In this document: positions 21,301 through 29,645 of the stretch, one piece after another | Position numbering within the stretch: the first letter of the stretch is position 1 | Layout of the letters: the number at the start of each line of letters is the position of its first letter | Assembly: GCA_964496095.1 (NCBI GenBank) | Contig: CAZBWU010000001.1 | Location: 185,474-249,473, forward strand | DNA from: an uncultured Gammaproteobacteria bacterium | GTDB taxonomy: Bacteria > Patescibacteriota > Patescibacteriia > Magasanikbacterales > GWA2-37-8 | DNA length: 64,000 nt | Direction: 5' to 3' | Notes under the pieces: generated by a model | Seen by the model: only the letters and a program-made list of their open reading frames with translations | Database searches by the model: none | Told to the model about the DNA's origin: nothing | Translations under genes and position numbers: made by a program

Positions 21301-21883
21301 GGCTTATCAAGAAATAATGAAAGACACTCTCATACCCCTCAAAGATTTGTCAGCTCAGCCTCGTAATCAGTGGGTGGTAGTAGGGGGAATGCTTGATTCA
21401 ACTAAGAAAAAAATTACGCGTAGTGGCAAGGCCATGATGTTTGCAAAATTGCTCGATACTACCAGCAGCTTGGAATTATTGGTTTTTCCAAAGACTTACG
21501 AAACCACAGCGGCTATTTGGGTGGAAGGTAGACCGGTGTGTGTGATTGGTCGCACTTCGGAAGAAGAAGGAGATGATAAATTGTTTGTAGAAAAAGCCTA
21601 TGTACTGACCAAAGAAAATGCGGCTACCTTGGCCAAGCAAATGTCTTTTGGTAAAAGTTATGAAACAAAAAAAGAGCCCGAACCAATTAGTTTTGCATTT
21701 GAAATTGCGGTTAGCCCAGAGCAATTAAAATCTCAAGCTGAAGCGATAAAAAATATTTTGAGTCAATATCCGGGGGATGAAGCTGTAATACTCAAGGTGG
21801 GAGATAAAATTATTCGAACTTCTTATAGAGTTGATGGTTCGGAAGAATTAAGAAACGAACTTGCAACCATTGTTTCCAATTAA
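18389..21883 (+). CDS. dnaE: DNA polymerase III alpha subunit
   Basis: 1165 aa from ATG 18389 (ORF track begins at an upstream TTG); N-terminal PHP domain (HLHVHSHYSLLDA), Pol III alpha core, OB-fold. Confidence 0.93.
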   Translation: MDFVHLHVHSHYSLLDALPKIDELVDHAKKLGYKSLALTDHGNMYGTIEFYEACQKAGIKPIIGMEAYLVVGSRFDKNNRDEKIYHQVLLAENNIGYKNLMKLASLASLEGFSDKPRLDKELLKQYHEGLVALSGCFAGEIPTILQRDDNFDKAKNVALEYQEIFGKDNFYLELMDLPALEGQMDMNTKLIQLSAETGIPMVVTRDSHYLEEDEAEAQDVLTCIRDGKTMDEDGRATMNGVDYSLAPAKEIINRFKHVPEAISNTVKIADRANVTIELNKWHFPHLNIPDGKTVDEYLREQVYEKLPKRIEMTEEVKKRADYELDIIAKKGYSPYFLTVADYINYAREHRIMVTTRGSAAGSVVSFAMGIVMDNPLYFKLPFERFLNPFRPSPPDIDGDFADDRRDEMIAYVTKKYGADKVAQIITFGTMAARGSVRDVGRALGYSYSFCDQISKLIPFGAQGFQMTIAKALTLEPELKKLYDKNAEVKRLLDLAQKVEGCARHTSIHAAGVVISPTPLTDFTPVQLETGGDKIVTQYEMHSVETAGVLKMDFLGIRNLSILGNAVEIIEKTTDQKINVYNLYPWNDAKTYDMLARGETVGVFQLASSGMTRYLKELKPSSIFDIMAMVALFRPGPMDSIPDYILRKNNHDLIEYEDPRMKDYLDQSLGLIVYQDDVLLTAINLAGYNWEEADKFRKAMGKKIPEEMAKQKEKFFKGAKEFGKLTSETINKLWERIEPFAAYGFNKAHAASYAVVAYQTAYLKANFPVQYMTAVLIAESGDIDKVPEIIHECERMGVKVLPPDINESFKSFAMTPIAGSQERLATGQVPSAGTSVIRFGLNGIKNLGENIAEAIYQERKANGKFKDLQDFLTRVKDKDLNKKSLESLAKCGALDGFGYDRGVLLANMENILSFSKQIKEGGANTQHSLFSGTSLDAVSVLKLVNAKPANEADKLTWEKELLGFYITSHPFKAYQEIMKDTLIPLKDLSAQPRNQWVVVGGMLDSTKKKITRSGKAMMFAKLLDTTSSLELLVFPKTYETTAAIWVEGRPVCVIGRTSEEEGDDKLFVEKAYVLTKENAATLAKQMSFGKSYETKKEPEPISFAFEIAVSPEQLKSQAEAIKNILSQYPGDEAVILKVGDKIIRTSYRVDGSEELRNELATIVSN

Positions 21884-23022
21884 TTATCAATCTTCCAATT
21901 TGGATCAGCGGTTATTTTATTCCAAGAAGTAAATTCTTTTTTTAGTGCATGGTGGTATCCAGCTGTGGCAATCATCGCGCCGTTATCCATGGCGTATTTT
22001 AATTCCGGAATTTGGAAACTAATTTCAGGGAATCTTTTGGTTATTTCTGTGGCTAAGGTTTCACGCAGTTTTTTGTTGGCGCTCACACCCCCACCTAAAA
22101 TAATAGTTTTGGGTTTATGCTCTTGCGCGGCTAGCATAGTTTTGACTACCAGTACATCAATAATTGCTTGTTCAAAACTAGCGCAAAAATCATTGATAGA
22201 AATGTTTGTGGCGACTTGTTTGTCATTCTGAGGAAGAGAAGCGATAGAAGAATCTATTCCTTTTAATTGAGATTGATTTGTTGTTTCGTTTAGGGTTGTA
22301 GGTAAAATGTGGTTATCCCTTAACCAATAAAGCGCTGAAGTTTTTAATCCTGAGAAACTAAAATTATAATCACCGCTATTTATCATCGGTCTAGGAAAGT
22401 TTATAGCATCAGTTTTGCCCTCTAAGGCAAGTTTGGAAATTTGTGGTCCGCCAGGATAGGTGAGGCCAATTAGTTTGGCCACTTTATCAAAACATTCACC
22501 AGCGGCGTCGTCTTTGGTAGAGCCAAGTATTTTGTAATCACCATGATTCTTCATGAGAATTAATTCGGTGTGTCCGCCACTAACGATTAAGGCTAGAGCC
22601 GGGAAATATATTTTTTTACTGTCATTCTGAGGGAGAGAAGCGGCTGAAGAATCTCTGTCTTGGATTTGTGTGGAGTATATGTGTCCTTCAATATGGTTGG
22701 TAGAAACAAGTGGAATATCCCAAGCATAAGAAAGAACGCGCGCGGCCTCAACGCCTACGAGCAGTCCCGTAATGAGTCCTGGCCCAGAAGTGACAGCTAT
22801 GGCGTCTGGCTTTGGTTGGTTTTCGAGCACTGCCTCAATAAGTGGGACGATTTTTTCCGCATGCATACGTCCAGCAATTTCTGGAACCACACCGCCATAT
22901 TTTTTATGCACATCAATTTGGGAAGCGGTTTTTTCTGATAAAACAAAACAGCCTTTGTCCGAACAATCGAGCAAGGCAATAGACGTGTCATCACAAGATG
23001 ATTCAATACCGAGGATTAGCAT
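21880..23022 (-). CDS. tsaD: tRNA N6-adenosine threonylcarbamoyltransferase TsaD
   Basis: 380 aa; MLILGIESSCDDTSIALL start, HxEGH metal motif (NHIEGHIY), SGGV..N motifs; contains two in-frame repeat-element insertions. Confidence 0.9.
   Translation of the reverse strand: MLILGIESSCDDTSIALLDCSDKGCFVLSEKTASQIDVHKKYGGVVPEIAGRMHAEKIVPLIEAVLENQPKPDAIAVTSGPGLITGLLVGVEAARVLSYAWDIPLVSTNHIEGHIYSTQIQDRDSSAASLPQNDSKKIYFPALALIVSGGHTELILMKNHGDYKILGSTKDDAAGECFDKVAKLIGLTYPGGPQISKLALEGKTDAINFPRPMINSGDYNFSFSGLKTSALYWLRDNHILPTTLNETTNQSQLKGIDSSIASLPQNDKQVATNISINDFCASFEQAIIDVLVVKTMLAAQEHKPKTIILGGGVSANKKLRETLATEITKRFPEISFQIPELKYAMDNGAMIATAGYHHALKKEFTSWNKITADPNWKIDN
22221..22260. repeat. TGTCAT-TIR element module, in-frame inside tsaD
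   Basis: TGTCATTCTGAGGAAGAGAAGCGATAGAAGAATCTATTCC; encodes extra peptide ...GIDSSIASLPQNDKQ... in TsaD. Confidence 0.8.
22620..22659. repeat. TGTCAT-TIR element module, in-frame inside tsaD
   Basis: TGTCATTCTGAGGGAGAGAAGCGGCTGAAGAATCTCTGTC; encodes extra peptide ...QDRDSSAASLPQNDSKK... after the HxEGH motif. Confidence 0.8.
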
Positions 23023-23027
23023 AGTTG

Positions 23028-23101
23028 TGTCAGGGGAGAGAGTTGAACTCTCGACCTCGGGGTTATGAATCCCGTGCTCTTACCAACTGAGCTACCCTGA
23101 C
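23028..23101 (-). tRNA. tRNA-Met (anticodon CAU; elongator Met or Ile2-lysidine type)
   Basis: Hand-folded cloverleaf: acceptor GTCAGGG/CCCTGAC, D-arm GCTC-AGTTGGTAA-GAGC, anticodon loop TTCATAA, T-arm GAGAG-TTCAACT-CTCTC, discriminator A; no encoded CCA. Confidence 0.8.
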
Positions 23102-23119
23102 CTGTCAAATGTAGTGATA

Positions 23120-23148
23120 ATGATACTAAAATATGGTCATAAAGTCAA
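23120..23148 (-). promoter_or_regulatory. Sigma70-like promoter for tRNA-Met (TTGACT-17-TATCAT on minus strand)
   Basis: Reverse complement of 23143-23148 = TTGACT, 17-nt spacer, reverse complement of 23120-23125 = TATCAT. Confidence 0.5.
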
Positions 23149-23181
23149 CTTTGTCTCGATGTATGCTTAATTAAAGGCTTA

Positions 23182-23209
23182 TTGACTTTTCTTTAAAATA
23201 AGATATACT
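23182..23209 (+). promoter_or_regulatory. Sigma70-like promoter for tRNA-Glu (TTGACT-16-TATACT)
   Basis: TTGACT 23182-23187, TATACT 23204-23209, about 18 nt upstream of tRNA 5' end. Confidence 0.5.
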
Positions 23210-23227
23210 ACTGGCACAAATAATGAC

Positions 23228-23299
23228 GGTCTCATCGTCTAATGGTTAGGACATTGCCCTTTCAAGGCGAAAATACGGGTTCAATTCCCGTTGGGACTA
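23228..23299 (+). tRNA. tRNA-Glu (anticodon UUC)
   Basis: Hand-folded: acceptor GGTCTCA/TGGGACT (two G-U pairs), D-arm GTC-TAATGGTTA-GGAC as in bacterial tRNA-Glu, anticodon stem TTGCC/GGCGA with loop CTTTCAA, T-arm ACGGG-TTCAATT-CCCGT, discriminator A. Confidence 0.8.
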
Positions 23300-23374
23300 C
23301 GACGATAACACTTTCCTGAAATAGGGGGGGGGTGTTTTTGTTTATGGTTACAGAAGAAACACCCTGTATACTCA

Positions 23375-23387
23375 GTTTGCCACCCTG
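23375..23387. repeat. Partial copy of cassette-boundary repeat (GTTTGCCACC-CTG)
   Basis: Matches the 5' half of the 30-nt repeat found at 25187, 25980, 27040, 29646. Confidence 0.4.
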
Positions 23388-23540
23388 TTTTTTATCTTTT
23401 TCTCACGTTTGTATCAATTCCTTCATTTCTCCTTTTGTTTACTGAATGTAAACGAGGTTTGCCAGATTTTTGTTTATTGCTTTGTAGAATGTAGACATTG
23501 GGCTTAGAAAGTCTTATAATGATTCTATCTTACAGCCCAG

Positions 23541-24386
23541 TTGTTTGTTATAAAAAGGAGTAATAATTCTAATTTTATGGACAGGGGAGAATTTCAACAA
23601 AACACAATCGAACAGTCACAAAATAACCCAGAGATTATTTGGCAATCACTTAGTGCTGAGGTTAGGGACAATTGTACTAAACTGCTTGAGCCACTTGTTA
23701 AGGAAAGTGAAGAAGTTCTTGGAGAAATTGTCAGCGATGAGAAACGTGCAGAGTGGATCTCTAAGGTAATGGAGGTAGAGAAAGTTTTCTTAACTCGGAT
23801 CATTGCAGAAACAGAACGAGCGCTTGCAGCTCGTCCTGGAGAAAAATTAATTACGCTTTTAGATATTGATGAGACAATCGGTGTTTCACCTGCTACTCCT
23901 GGTCCGCTGACAACAGTTTTACGTCCAAGCTTGGTTCCATTGTTGAGCCACCTCAAAAACCGTGGCGTACAACTAGGTTTTCTCACAAACCGAGGTGCCG
24001 CATTGAGGCAGCTTTCAGAAGAAAATCAGCTTCAACCTATTGCTGAGTGGATTGATCCGAATCTAATTTTTTCAGATAGGTCTTATGAGTATTGGGGTGA
24101 CGGCTCAATTGTGGATCTCAGTGAAAAGTTTGGTGGACCTGGTGGAATTATTGATGACTCAAAAATGACTGACAAAGGTGGCCCTATTAGATTTCGTCAG
24201 GGAGACTATAGAAAAATAATGGCTCTTGCTGATATTCGTACGAAATTTCCTACCGGAGCAATCATGGTAGTAGACGATTTTGACTATCCAAAGGTGCTTA
24301 ATAATCAAAATGGAATGTATGGAGTGTCTTTAAGATCCCCTAAAAGGAATGCGAGCCAGGGCATGTTTTTTCCTCCAGAACTTTAG
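23541..24386 (+). CDS. HAD-superfamily hydrolase-like protein (hypothetical)
   Basis: 281 aa (alternative start 23577); HAD motifs I LLDIDETIGV, II GFLTNRG, IV MVVDDFDYP. Confidence 0.45.
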   Translation: MFVIKRSNNSNFMDRGEFQQNTIEQSQNNPEIIWQSLSAEVRDNCTKLLEPLVKESEEVLGEIVSDEKRAEWISKVMEVEKVFLTRIIAETERALAARPGEKLITLLDIDETIGVSPATPGPLTTVLRPSLVPLLSHLKNRGVQLGFLTNRGAALRQLSEENQLQPIAEWIDPNLIFSDRSYEYWGDGSIVDLSEKFGGPGGIIDDSKMTDKGGPIRFRQGDYRKIMALADIRTKFPTGAIMVVDDFDYPKVLNNQNGMYGVSLRSPKRNASQGMFFPPEL

Positions 24387-24683
24387 CTCTTTCATTATAC
24401 TATTCTTAATAGTTGCTGCCTTTTATTAAATTAACAGCAAGCAGCATTCTGTAATTGGAGTGTTTTTTGTTTCTAGCCGTAATCAGCTCCTAAACTGATG
24501 TATAAAATTACTTGCCTTCTTCGCAATGAGATAAGACATCTTTTGGAGTAGGCAGGCGTTAAACTGACGATTTGAGCTTGATTACGGCTGATCTAGGAAC
24601 TGTTGTGGGTTTGATTTTCTTCAGATAGACAAAAGTAAATCAAAAAGATAGAATAGATTTATCAATTCAACTAAGCATAATTT

Positions 24684-25169
24684 ATGAAGCGTTTGTTAAG
24701 ACTTGTTGCAGTACTTTTATTATTAGGTGTTGGTTGCAGTTCAAATAAAATTAGCGCGCCTCAAACATATACTAATTCATTTCTTCAGATAACGATGGAG
24801 CTTCCAGTTGGTTGGTATGTAGGAGGTGAGGAGTACAAGCCTTATTTATATGCTAATCAGGAATGCGCTCAAGTTGAACATCTTGAATGTACAAGGATCG
24901 AAATAATCGAAGCTTTGAAGCTTGTTACTGGAGGCGTAAAAACTTTTGAGGAGGGATTGAAAAGAGACAAGACTCCGTATACAATTATTAGTCTTATTCC
25001 AAACGCGACAGTTTTTAAAACTGTTTTTGAGAAAAATACCGAAGATTATTCAAATCAATATTATATATTCTTTTCTCAAGAAGAAAGAGTATTCCTAGCT
25101 TCTGGCATTAGTGATGAAGGTGATAAGACAATCGAAGATGTGCTCGCTACCTTAAGGCTTTTAAAATAA
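24684..25169 (+). CDS. Lipoprotein of unknown function
   Basis: 161 aa; signal peptide with lipobox (LLLLGVGCSS). Confidence 0.55.
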   Translation: MKRLLRLVAVLLLLGVGCSSNKISAPQTYTNSFLQITMELPVGWYVGGEEYKPYLYANQECAQVEHLECTRIEIIEALKLVTGGVKTFEEGLKRDKTPYTIISLIPNATVFKTVFEKNTEDYSNQYYIFFSQEERVFLASGISDEGDKTIEDVLATLRLLK

Positions 25170-25186
25170 TCTCCCTAGCGAAATTT

Positions 25187-25216
25187 AAAAGTTTACCACC
25201 TGTCTCAATTAACCCC
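25187..25216. repeat. Cassette-boundary direct repeat copy A (AAAAGTTTACCACCTGTCTCAATTAACCCC)
   Basis: 18 nt after stop of 24684-25169; followed by hairpin AGTCCT...AGGACT. Confidence 0.8.
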
Positions 25217-25342
25217 ACAATCATGAAAAGCATCCAAAAGTGATGAAATTTTATTCCCTAGGTTTAATAGCAAGTCCTCTTTACTAAGGACTATATTTTA
25301 GCTATTATAAATAAAGTTTACTTATCCATTTATATTTATAAT

Positions 25343-25936
25343 ATGCCAAATTCAGGTGATCGGGAGGGTGGTTTAGAAAGGCAGAGGCAGGAGTTAATTG
25401 AGCGGTTAACTATGGAGCTTCATGAGGCAATGCAAACTATTTTTGGCGATCGATTAAACCGAGATGAGTCTAAAGAATTTGAAGTACTACCTGGAATTCC
25501 TAATCAAGATTTGACACTTGAGTTATGCGGTAAGATCCGTCAGTTGTTAGCGGCTCTGCATGAAGATAGTAAGTGGGAAGATTTTAATTCCCAACAGCGA
25601 CTCGCCACTGATGCTATGGAAGAACGAAGTTCAATAAAAATTGGTAAGAACATTACTCCAGAAAAATATAAGGAAGAGTGGGTTGAGTTCTCTGGTAATG
25701 ACAAATATGGTTTAGTGTATGGCCCTGGAATGAGTTCTGACGCTATACCCCAAATACAAAAAGATCGTGAATTAGAGCGCTTATATCTGGGGTGGTATAT
25801 CACTTTGTATAATGTTTATTTGCAAAGTTATCCAGATAGAATGAATAAAATAGTCGAAGCTCTTAAAAAGGCTGGCCTTCCCTTATTGCCAAATATTCAA
25901 AAACGTCTTTATGATCGTGTGAAGCCCAAATCGTAA
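25343..25936 (+). CDS. Hypothetical protein
   Basis: 197 aa ORF, no recognisable motifs; sits between two boundary repeats. Confidence 0.5.
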   Translation: MPNSGDREGGLERQRQELIERLTMELHEAMQTIFGDRLNRDESKEFEVLPGIPNQDLTLELCGKIRQLLAALHEDSKWEDFNSQQRLATDAMEERSSIKIGKNITPEKYKEEWVEFSGNDKYGLVYGPGMSSDAIPQIQKDRELERLYLGWYITLYNVYLQSYPDRMNKIVEALKKAGLPLLPNIQKRLYDRVKPKS

Positions 25937-25979
25937 CTTGATTTTTTATATATTAGGTAAGAGATTTGATCATTTACAG

Positions 25980-26009
25980 AAAAGTTTGCCACCTGTCTCG
26001 ATTAACCCT
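25980..26009. repeat. Cassette-boundary direct repeat copy B (AAAAGTTTGCCACCTGTCTCGATTAACCCT)
   Basis: 44 nt after stop of 25343-25936. Confidence 0.8.
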
Positions 26010-26026
26010 ACATAAACAGAAACCAC

Positions 26027-26050
26027 CCATTCACTGGATGGTTTTTTGTT
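26027..26050 (+). terminator. Rho-independent terminator
   Basis: CCATTCACTGGATGG hairpin followed by TTTTTTGTTT. Confidence 0.6.
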
Positions 26051-26158
26051 TAACGTTAGAGAAGGAAATGAGTTTACTATAAAATATAGATTAACGCCAT
26101 TGATAGTTTAGGAGTTAAGTAGTAATATTTCTGTATCTACTATTAACCTCAATTATTT

Positions 26159-27037
26159 ATGCCAACAGATAGAGAGTTGCCATTTGAATATGAAGATTTA
26201 ACTACACAAGGTGGGTTCGAGAGGGAGGCTCGTGCTGAAGCGGTTTTGTTTAAGATGGGGAATATTGATGTTTTAAAATTGAGTATGGCGGCCAGTAAAA
26301 CTGTCATCACTGTTGATTTAGAAGGTCGCCTTGCATCAGGAGGGGAAGAACCGGGCAGTTTAACAGTTGATGAGCTGTGGAACTACGGTTTGCAAAGTTT
26401 GCTTGAAAAAGAAGGTTGGATAGATAAGGATGATACCGCGTTAGCAGGTTGGACAGTTAACATTGAAACCAAACGGAAAGACCTGGGTTCAAAAGAATGG
26501 TTTGTTAGTTTTGTTTTAAAAAAGAATCAGAGGTCAGATTTGAAGGATATTGCCAGTATCCCACCATGGCCAGATATTCAGAGCAATCCATATTGGGATT
26601 CGACAGATAAAGTAGTTAGAGATATTTATAATAGAATTAATAAGATTATTAATCAGAGAGAAAGGCCTACGATTGATAGTGTAGTTTCGGATGTAAAAGA
26701 TTTTTGTGCTAGGGTAAAAATCGATTTAAAAAAAGAATTGGTAAATTTAGGAATTGCTCAAGATCATGTTGAGCAATTATTGAATAATCCGGACAAATTA
26801 TTGGAAAAAGTCCCTATTTATGATAGAACAAAAAAAGATTCCATGGGACATAAAATATTTCCTCGTAGTATTTTTGAACTTAGAACTTTAATGCTTTTAT
26901 TTTTGCCGTTGCAAAAGAAAATAGAAGGGGAAATTTCAAGTGATGATAAGGAGATTGTCAGTCAATTTAACTTGTTGGCTGACGATAATTTAGATTGGCT
27001 GAATGGTTTTGAGCGCAATCGATTTGATTATCCTTAA
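26159..27037 (+). CDS. Hypothetical protein
   Basis: 292 aa ORF, no recognisable motifs; followed directly by boundary repeat. Confidence 0.5.
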   Translation: MPTDRELPFEYEDLTTQGGFEREARAEAVLFKMGNIDVLKLSMAASKTVITVDLEGRLASGGEEPGSLTVDELWNYGLQSLLEKEGWIDKDDTALAGWTVNIETKRKDLGSKEWFVSFVLKKNQRSDLKDIASIPPWPDIQSNPYWDSTDKVVRDIYNRINKIINQRERPTIDSVVSDVKDFCARVKIDLKKELVNLGIAQDHVEQLLNNPDKLLEKVPIYDRTKKDSMGHKIFPRSIFELRTLMLLFLPLQKKIEGEISSDDKEIVSQFNLLADDNLDWLNGFERNRFDYP

Positions 27038-27039
27038 AT

Positions 27040-27069
27040 AAAAGTTTTCCACCTGTCTTGATTAACCCT
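27040..27069. repeat. Cassette-boundary direct repeat copy C (AAAAGTTTTCCACCTGTCTTGATTAACCCT)
   Basis: 3 nt after stop of 26159-27037. Confidence 0.8.
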
Positions 27070-27110
27070 GTAAAATAAAAAACACCCCGGTTAATCCAAG
27101 ATGTTTTTTG
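27058..27110. terminator. Bidirectional terminator-like hairpin between convergent genes
   Basis: CTTGATTAACC ... GGTTAATCCAAG inverted repeat (the 3' end of repeat C forms the left arm) followed by TTTTTT at 27104-27109. Confidence 0.45.
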
Positions 27111-27124
27111 TGTCAACAATTCTA

Positions 27125-29548
27125 TTAAAAAGGCAGATTTGAAGTATTAAAAACTATAATTCGACGACCAAAACTAGGGTCAGATATGTAAAGTTTTTTA
27201 TTGGCCTGGTCAAAAGTAAGCGAGTGAGGCATATTAATTGCCGATGTGTCATGTTGGAACCAGTTGTTGGCGGTAAAATCAGTTTGACCCAACACGCCTA
27301 TGGCTGGTTCGCCATTATTTATGGTATTTACATCAAATACTAACACTCGATTGCGGTAATCTGATACATATAAAATATTACTTTCCGAATCAAGTGCAAC
27401 GCCATCAGGAATCGCCATGTTGTTGTCGGAAGTAACTAGGCTATAAACGTTGCTATTAAAATCAGTTTGACCCAATACACCGATAGCTGGTTCGCCATTA
27501 TTTATGGTATTTACATCGAAAGCAAGTACTCGATTATTCACAAAATCTGCTGTGTAAAGAATGTTTCTATTTTTATCAAGAGTAAGCGCAGTTGGGCTCC
27601 ATAGAGTGGTCGCGTTGGGAGTAGCCATGCCTTGGTTTGGTAATCCGTTGTTAAAATCATTTTGTCCTAAGACTGCAATCGCTGGCTCGCCATTAGTTAC
27701 TTGGTGTATGTCAAAAATCATAACCCGACTATTTCCCCATTCAGATATATAAAGTAGTTGGCGTTTAATATCAATTGTTGCAGCTACAGGACCGTTAAAT
27801 GTGTTATTGCGTATACCTGGTTTATTAGTACCGGTAAAACTATCGTTTCCTAACACGGCAATTGCCGCCTCGCCATCGGTGATTGTGCTTACATCATAGA
27901 TTAGCACCCGGTTATTATAACCATCAACGACAATTAGTTGATTATTTTTGCCGTTATAAGCTACCCCCATTGGTTGAGACAGTGTTTTAGCAGTCATAAC
28001 TCCGCCTTGGTTGAATCCACTGGAATAGAAATTATTTTGTCCTAAAACGTTGTCGGCATGATAATCAATCAAGTTGTTATTAATGTCAAGATTAAAAACT
28101 AAGACACGATTGTCAAATGTATCAACCACAAATAGTCTATGATTTTTAATATCAATGGCGGTTCCGTATACAGAATCAAATCCGTAATCGTTTACTATTT
28201 CACTATTGGTCCCAGCTTGTTGGAATGATAATTGGCCAGTATGGTCAATTTGACCAAGGAGACCTATAGCCGGTTCATCATTATTTATAGTACTAACATC
28301 AAAAATCATTACTCGACTGTAGCTGGCATCGGCAACATATAATCTATTATGTCCATCAAGCGCAAGTCCTTTTGGTGATGCCATGGTATGGTTGCTTAAG
28401 GGTCGAGGTAAACTACTATTTAAATCAGGCTGGCCTAGTACGGCTATAGCACTGTCGCCATTATGAATATTACTTGCGTCAAAAATCATTACGCGGTCTG
28501 TTGGTGGATTTGCATCTGAAATGTATAACAGGTGGTTGGTATTGTCATAGACAATCCCAAGAGGTTCGCCAATGGTTGTTTTTGAGGTCGGTTGAAGATT
28601 GCCAGAAACAAAATCCTGTTGTCCCAAAACATATGTTGCTTCTTCGCCATTGGCTATATTGCTCGTGTCATATCCTAATGCACGGTGGTTGCCAAAGTCT
28701 ACAACAAAGAGAATATCGCGATCGAAATCATACGTGATATTGATAGGCATATATAAAGTTCGTGCAGATACAGGGCCACCTTGATTTTCTAGATGGGCAA
28801 GCAAATTATTTTGACCAAGCACCGCTATCGCAGGTTCGCCGTTATCGATAGTAGACACATCAAAAACCGCTACGCGATTTTTGCCTGTGTCTGCAACATA
28901 GAGAATACTACCTTTTGTATTTAGAGTGACTCCTTGAGGCAAAATGAGATGAGTAGTTTGTTCGGAGGTGTCATAGACAAAAGATGCGTCTGTGAATTCT
29001 TTTGGTCCGAGCACTGCCACGGCCTGTTCGCCATTATCTATAATAGCTGTGTCATATATCAATACGCGATTATTTCCTGAATCAGCGACATAGAGGAGAT
29101 TTCTATCTTGGTCAAACGCTAATTGGCGAGGGTAATCCAATGTATCTGCATTGGTCTGACCTCCTCGGTTTGCAAGATGCCCTTCGAAATCAGCTTGTCC
29201 TAACACGTAGCTTGCCGTATGGCTCAGTGGTTTGTAACTTTGTGGGTCAAGCAGGAAAACCATTACTCTACTATTTTGTGTATCGGATATAAACAATCTT
29301 GCATTATTTTTATCAATGATCATATTTTGTGCTTCATCAAAAGCAAAGTCACTGATAGGTGTGCCATGGTCTTGCCACTGGTTGAAATTTGGTTGTCCAG
29401 CCTGTGTTAGTTGGCCTATTACCTGTACAGCCGGCAAAAGTAGGGCATTAGCAGGGGATTGGAACCCAAACAATCCACTTGTGGCTAAAAGAGAAAAAAG
29501 ACTTAGATTAGCCAACATTTTAAAGGTCAAATTGTGTTTGTTTACCAT
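27125..29548 (-). CDS. Secreted NHL-repeat beta-propeller protein
   Basis: 807 aa; signal peptide; at least 15 tandem NHL-type repeats (YVADSGNNRVLIYD, YVADTGKNRVAVFD, FVVDFGNHRALGYD, YVADASYSRVMIFD, IVVDGYNNRVLIYD, YISEWGNSRVMIFD ...). Confidence 0.75.
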   Translation of the reverse strand: MVNKHNLTFKMLANLSLFSLLATSGLFGFQSPANALLLPAVQVIGQLTQAGQPNFNQWQDHGTPISDFAFDEAQNMIIDKNNARLFISDTQNSRVMVFLLDPQSYKPLSHTASYVLGQADFEGHLANRGGQTNADTLDYPRQLAFDQDRNLLYVADSGNNRVLIYDTAIIDNGEQAVAVLGPKEFTDASFVYDTSEQTTHLILPQGVTLNTKGSILYVADTGKNRVAVFDVSTIDNGEPAIAVLGQNNLLAHLENQGGPVSARTLYMPINITYDFDRDILFVVDFGNHRALGYDTSNIANGEEATYVLGQQDFVSGNLQPTSKTTIGEPLGIVYDNTNHLLYISDANPPTDRVMIFDASNIHNGDSAIAVLGQPDLNSSLPRPLSNHTMASPKGLALDGHNRLYVADASYSRVMIFDVSTINNDEPAIGLLGQIDHTGQLSFQQAGTNSEIVNDYGFDSVYGTAIDIKNHRLFVVDTFDNRVLVFNLDINNNLIDYHADNVLGQNNFYSSGFNQGGVMTAKTLSQPMGVAYNGKNNQLIVVDGYNNRVLIYDVSTITDGEAAIAVLGNDSFTGTNKPGIRNNTFNGPVAATIDIKRQLLYISEWGNSRVMIFDIHQVTNGEPAIAVLGQNDFNNGLPNQGMATPNATTLWSPTALTLDKNRNILYTADFVNNRVLAFDVNTINNGEPAIGVLGQTDFNSNVYSLVTSDNNMAIPDGVALDSESNILYVSDYRNRVLVFDVNTINNGEPAIGVLGQTDFTANNWFQHDTSAINMPHSLTFDQANKKLYISDPSFGRRIIVFNTSNLPF

Positions 29549-29645
29549 ATGGTAAAAATTAAGAAAAAGATTAATATTTTGAATATTAACATCGAATTGT
29601 ATATTAAAATAGGGTTATTGTCAACCTTAACTATGTCCCCCCGAT

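Noticed and set aside
21880-21883. 4-nt overlap of the convergent dnaE and tsaD stop codons
   Set aside because: This is a trivial consequence of compact gene packing (TAATTA) and not a functional feature.
23324-23332. G9 homopolymer tract after tRNA-Glu as a phase-variation switch
   Set aside because: It is intergenic, not within or immediately upstream of an ORF start. It is more likely part of a hairpin or terminator, or a sequencing-prone tract.
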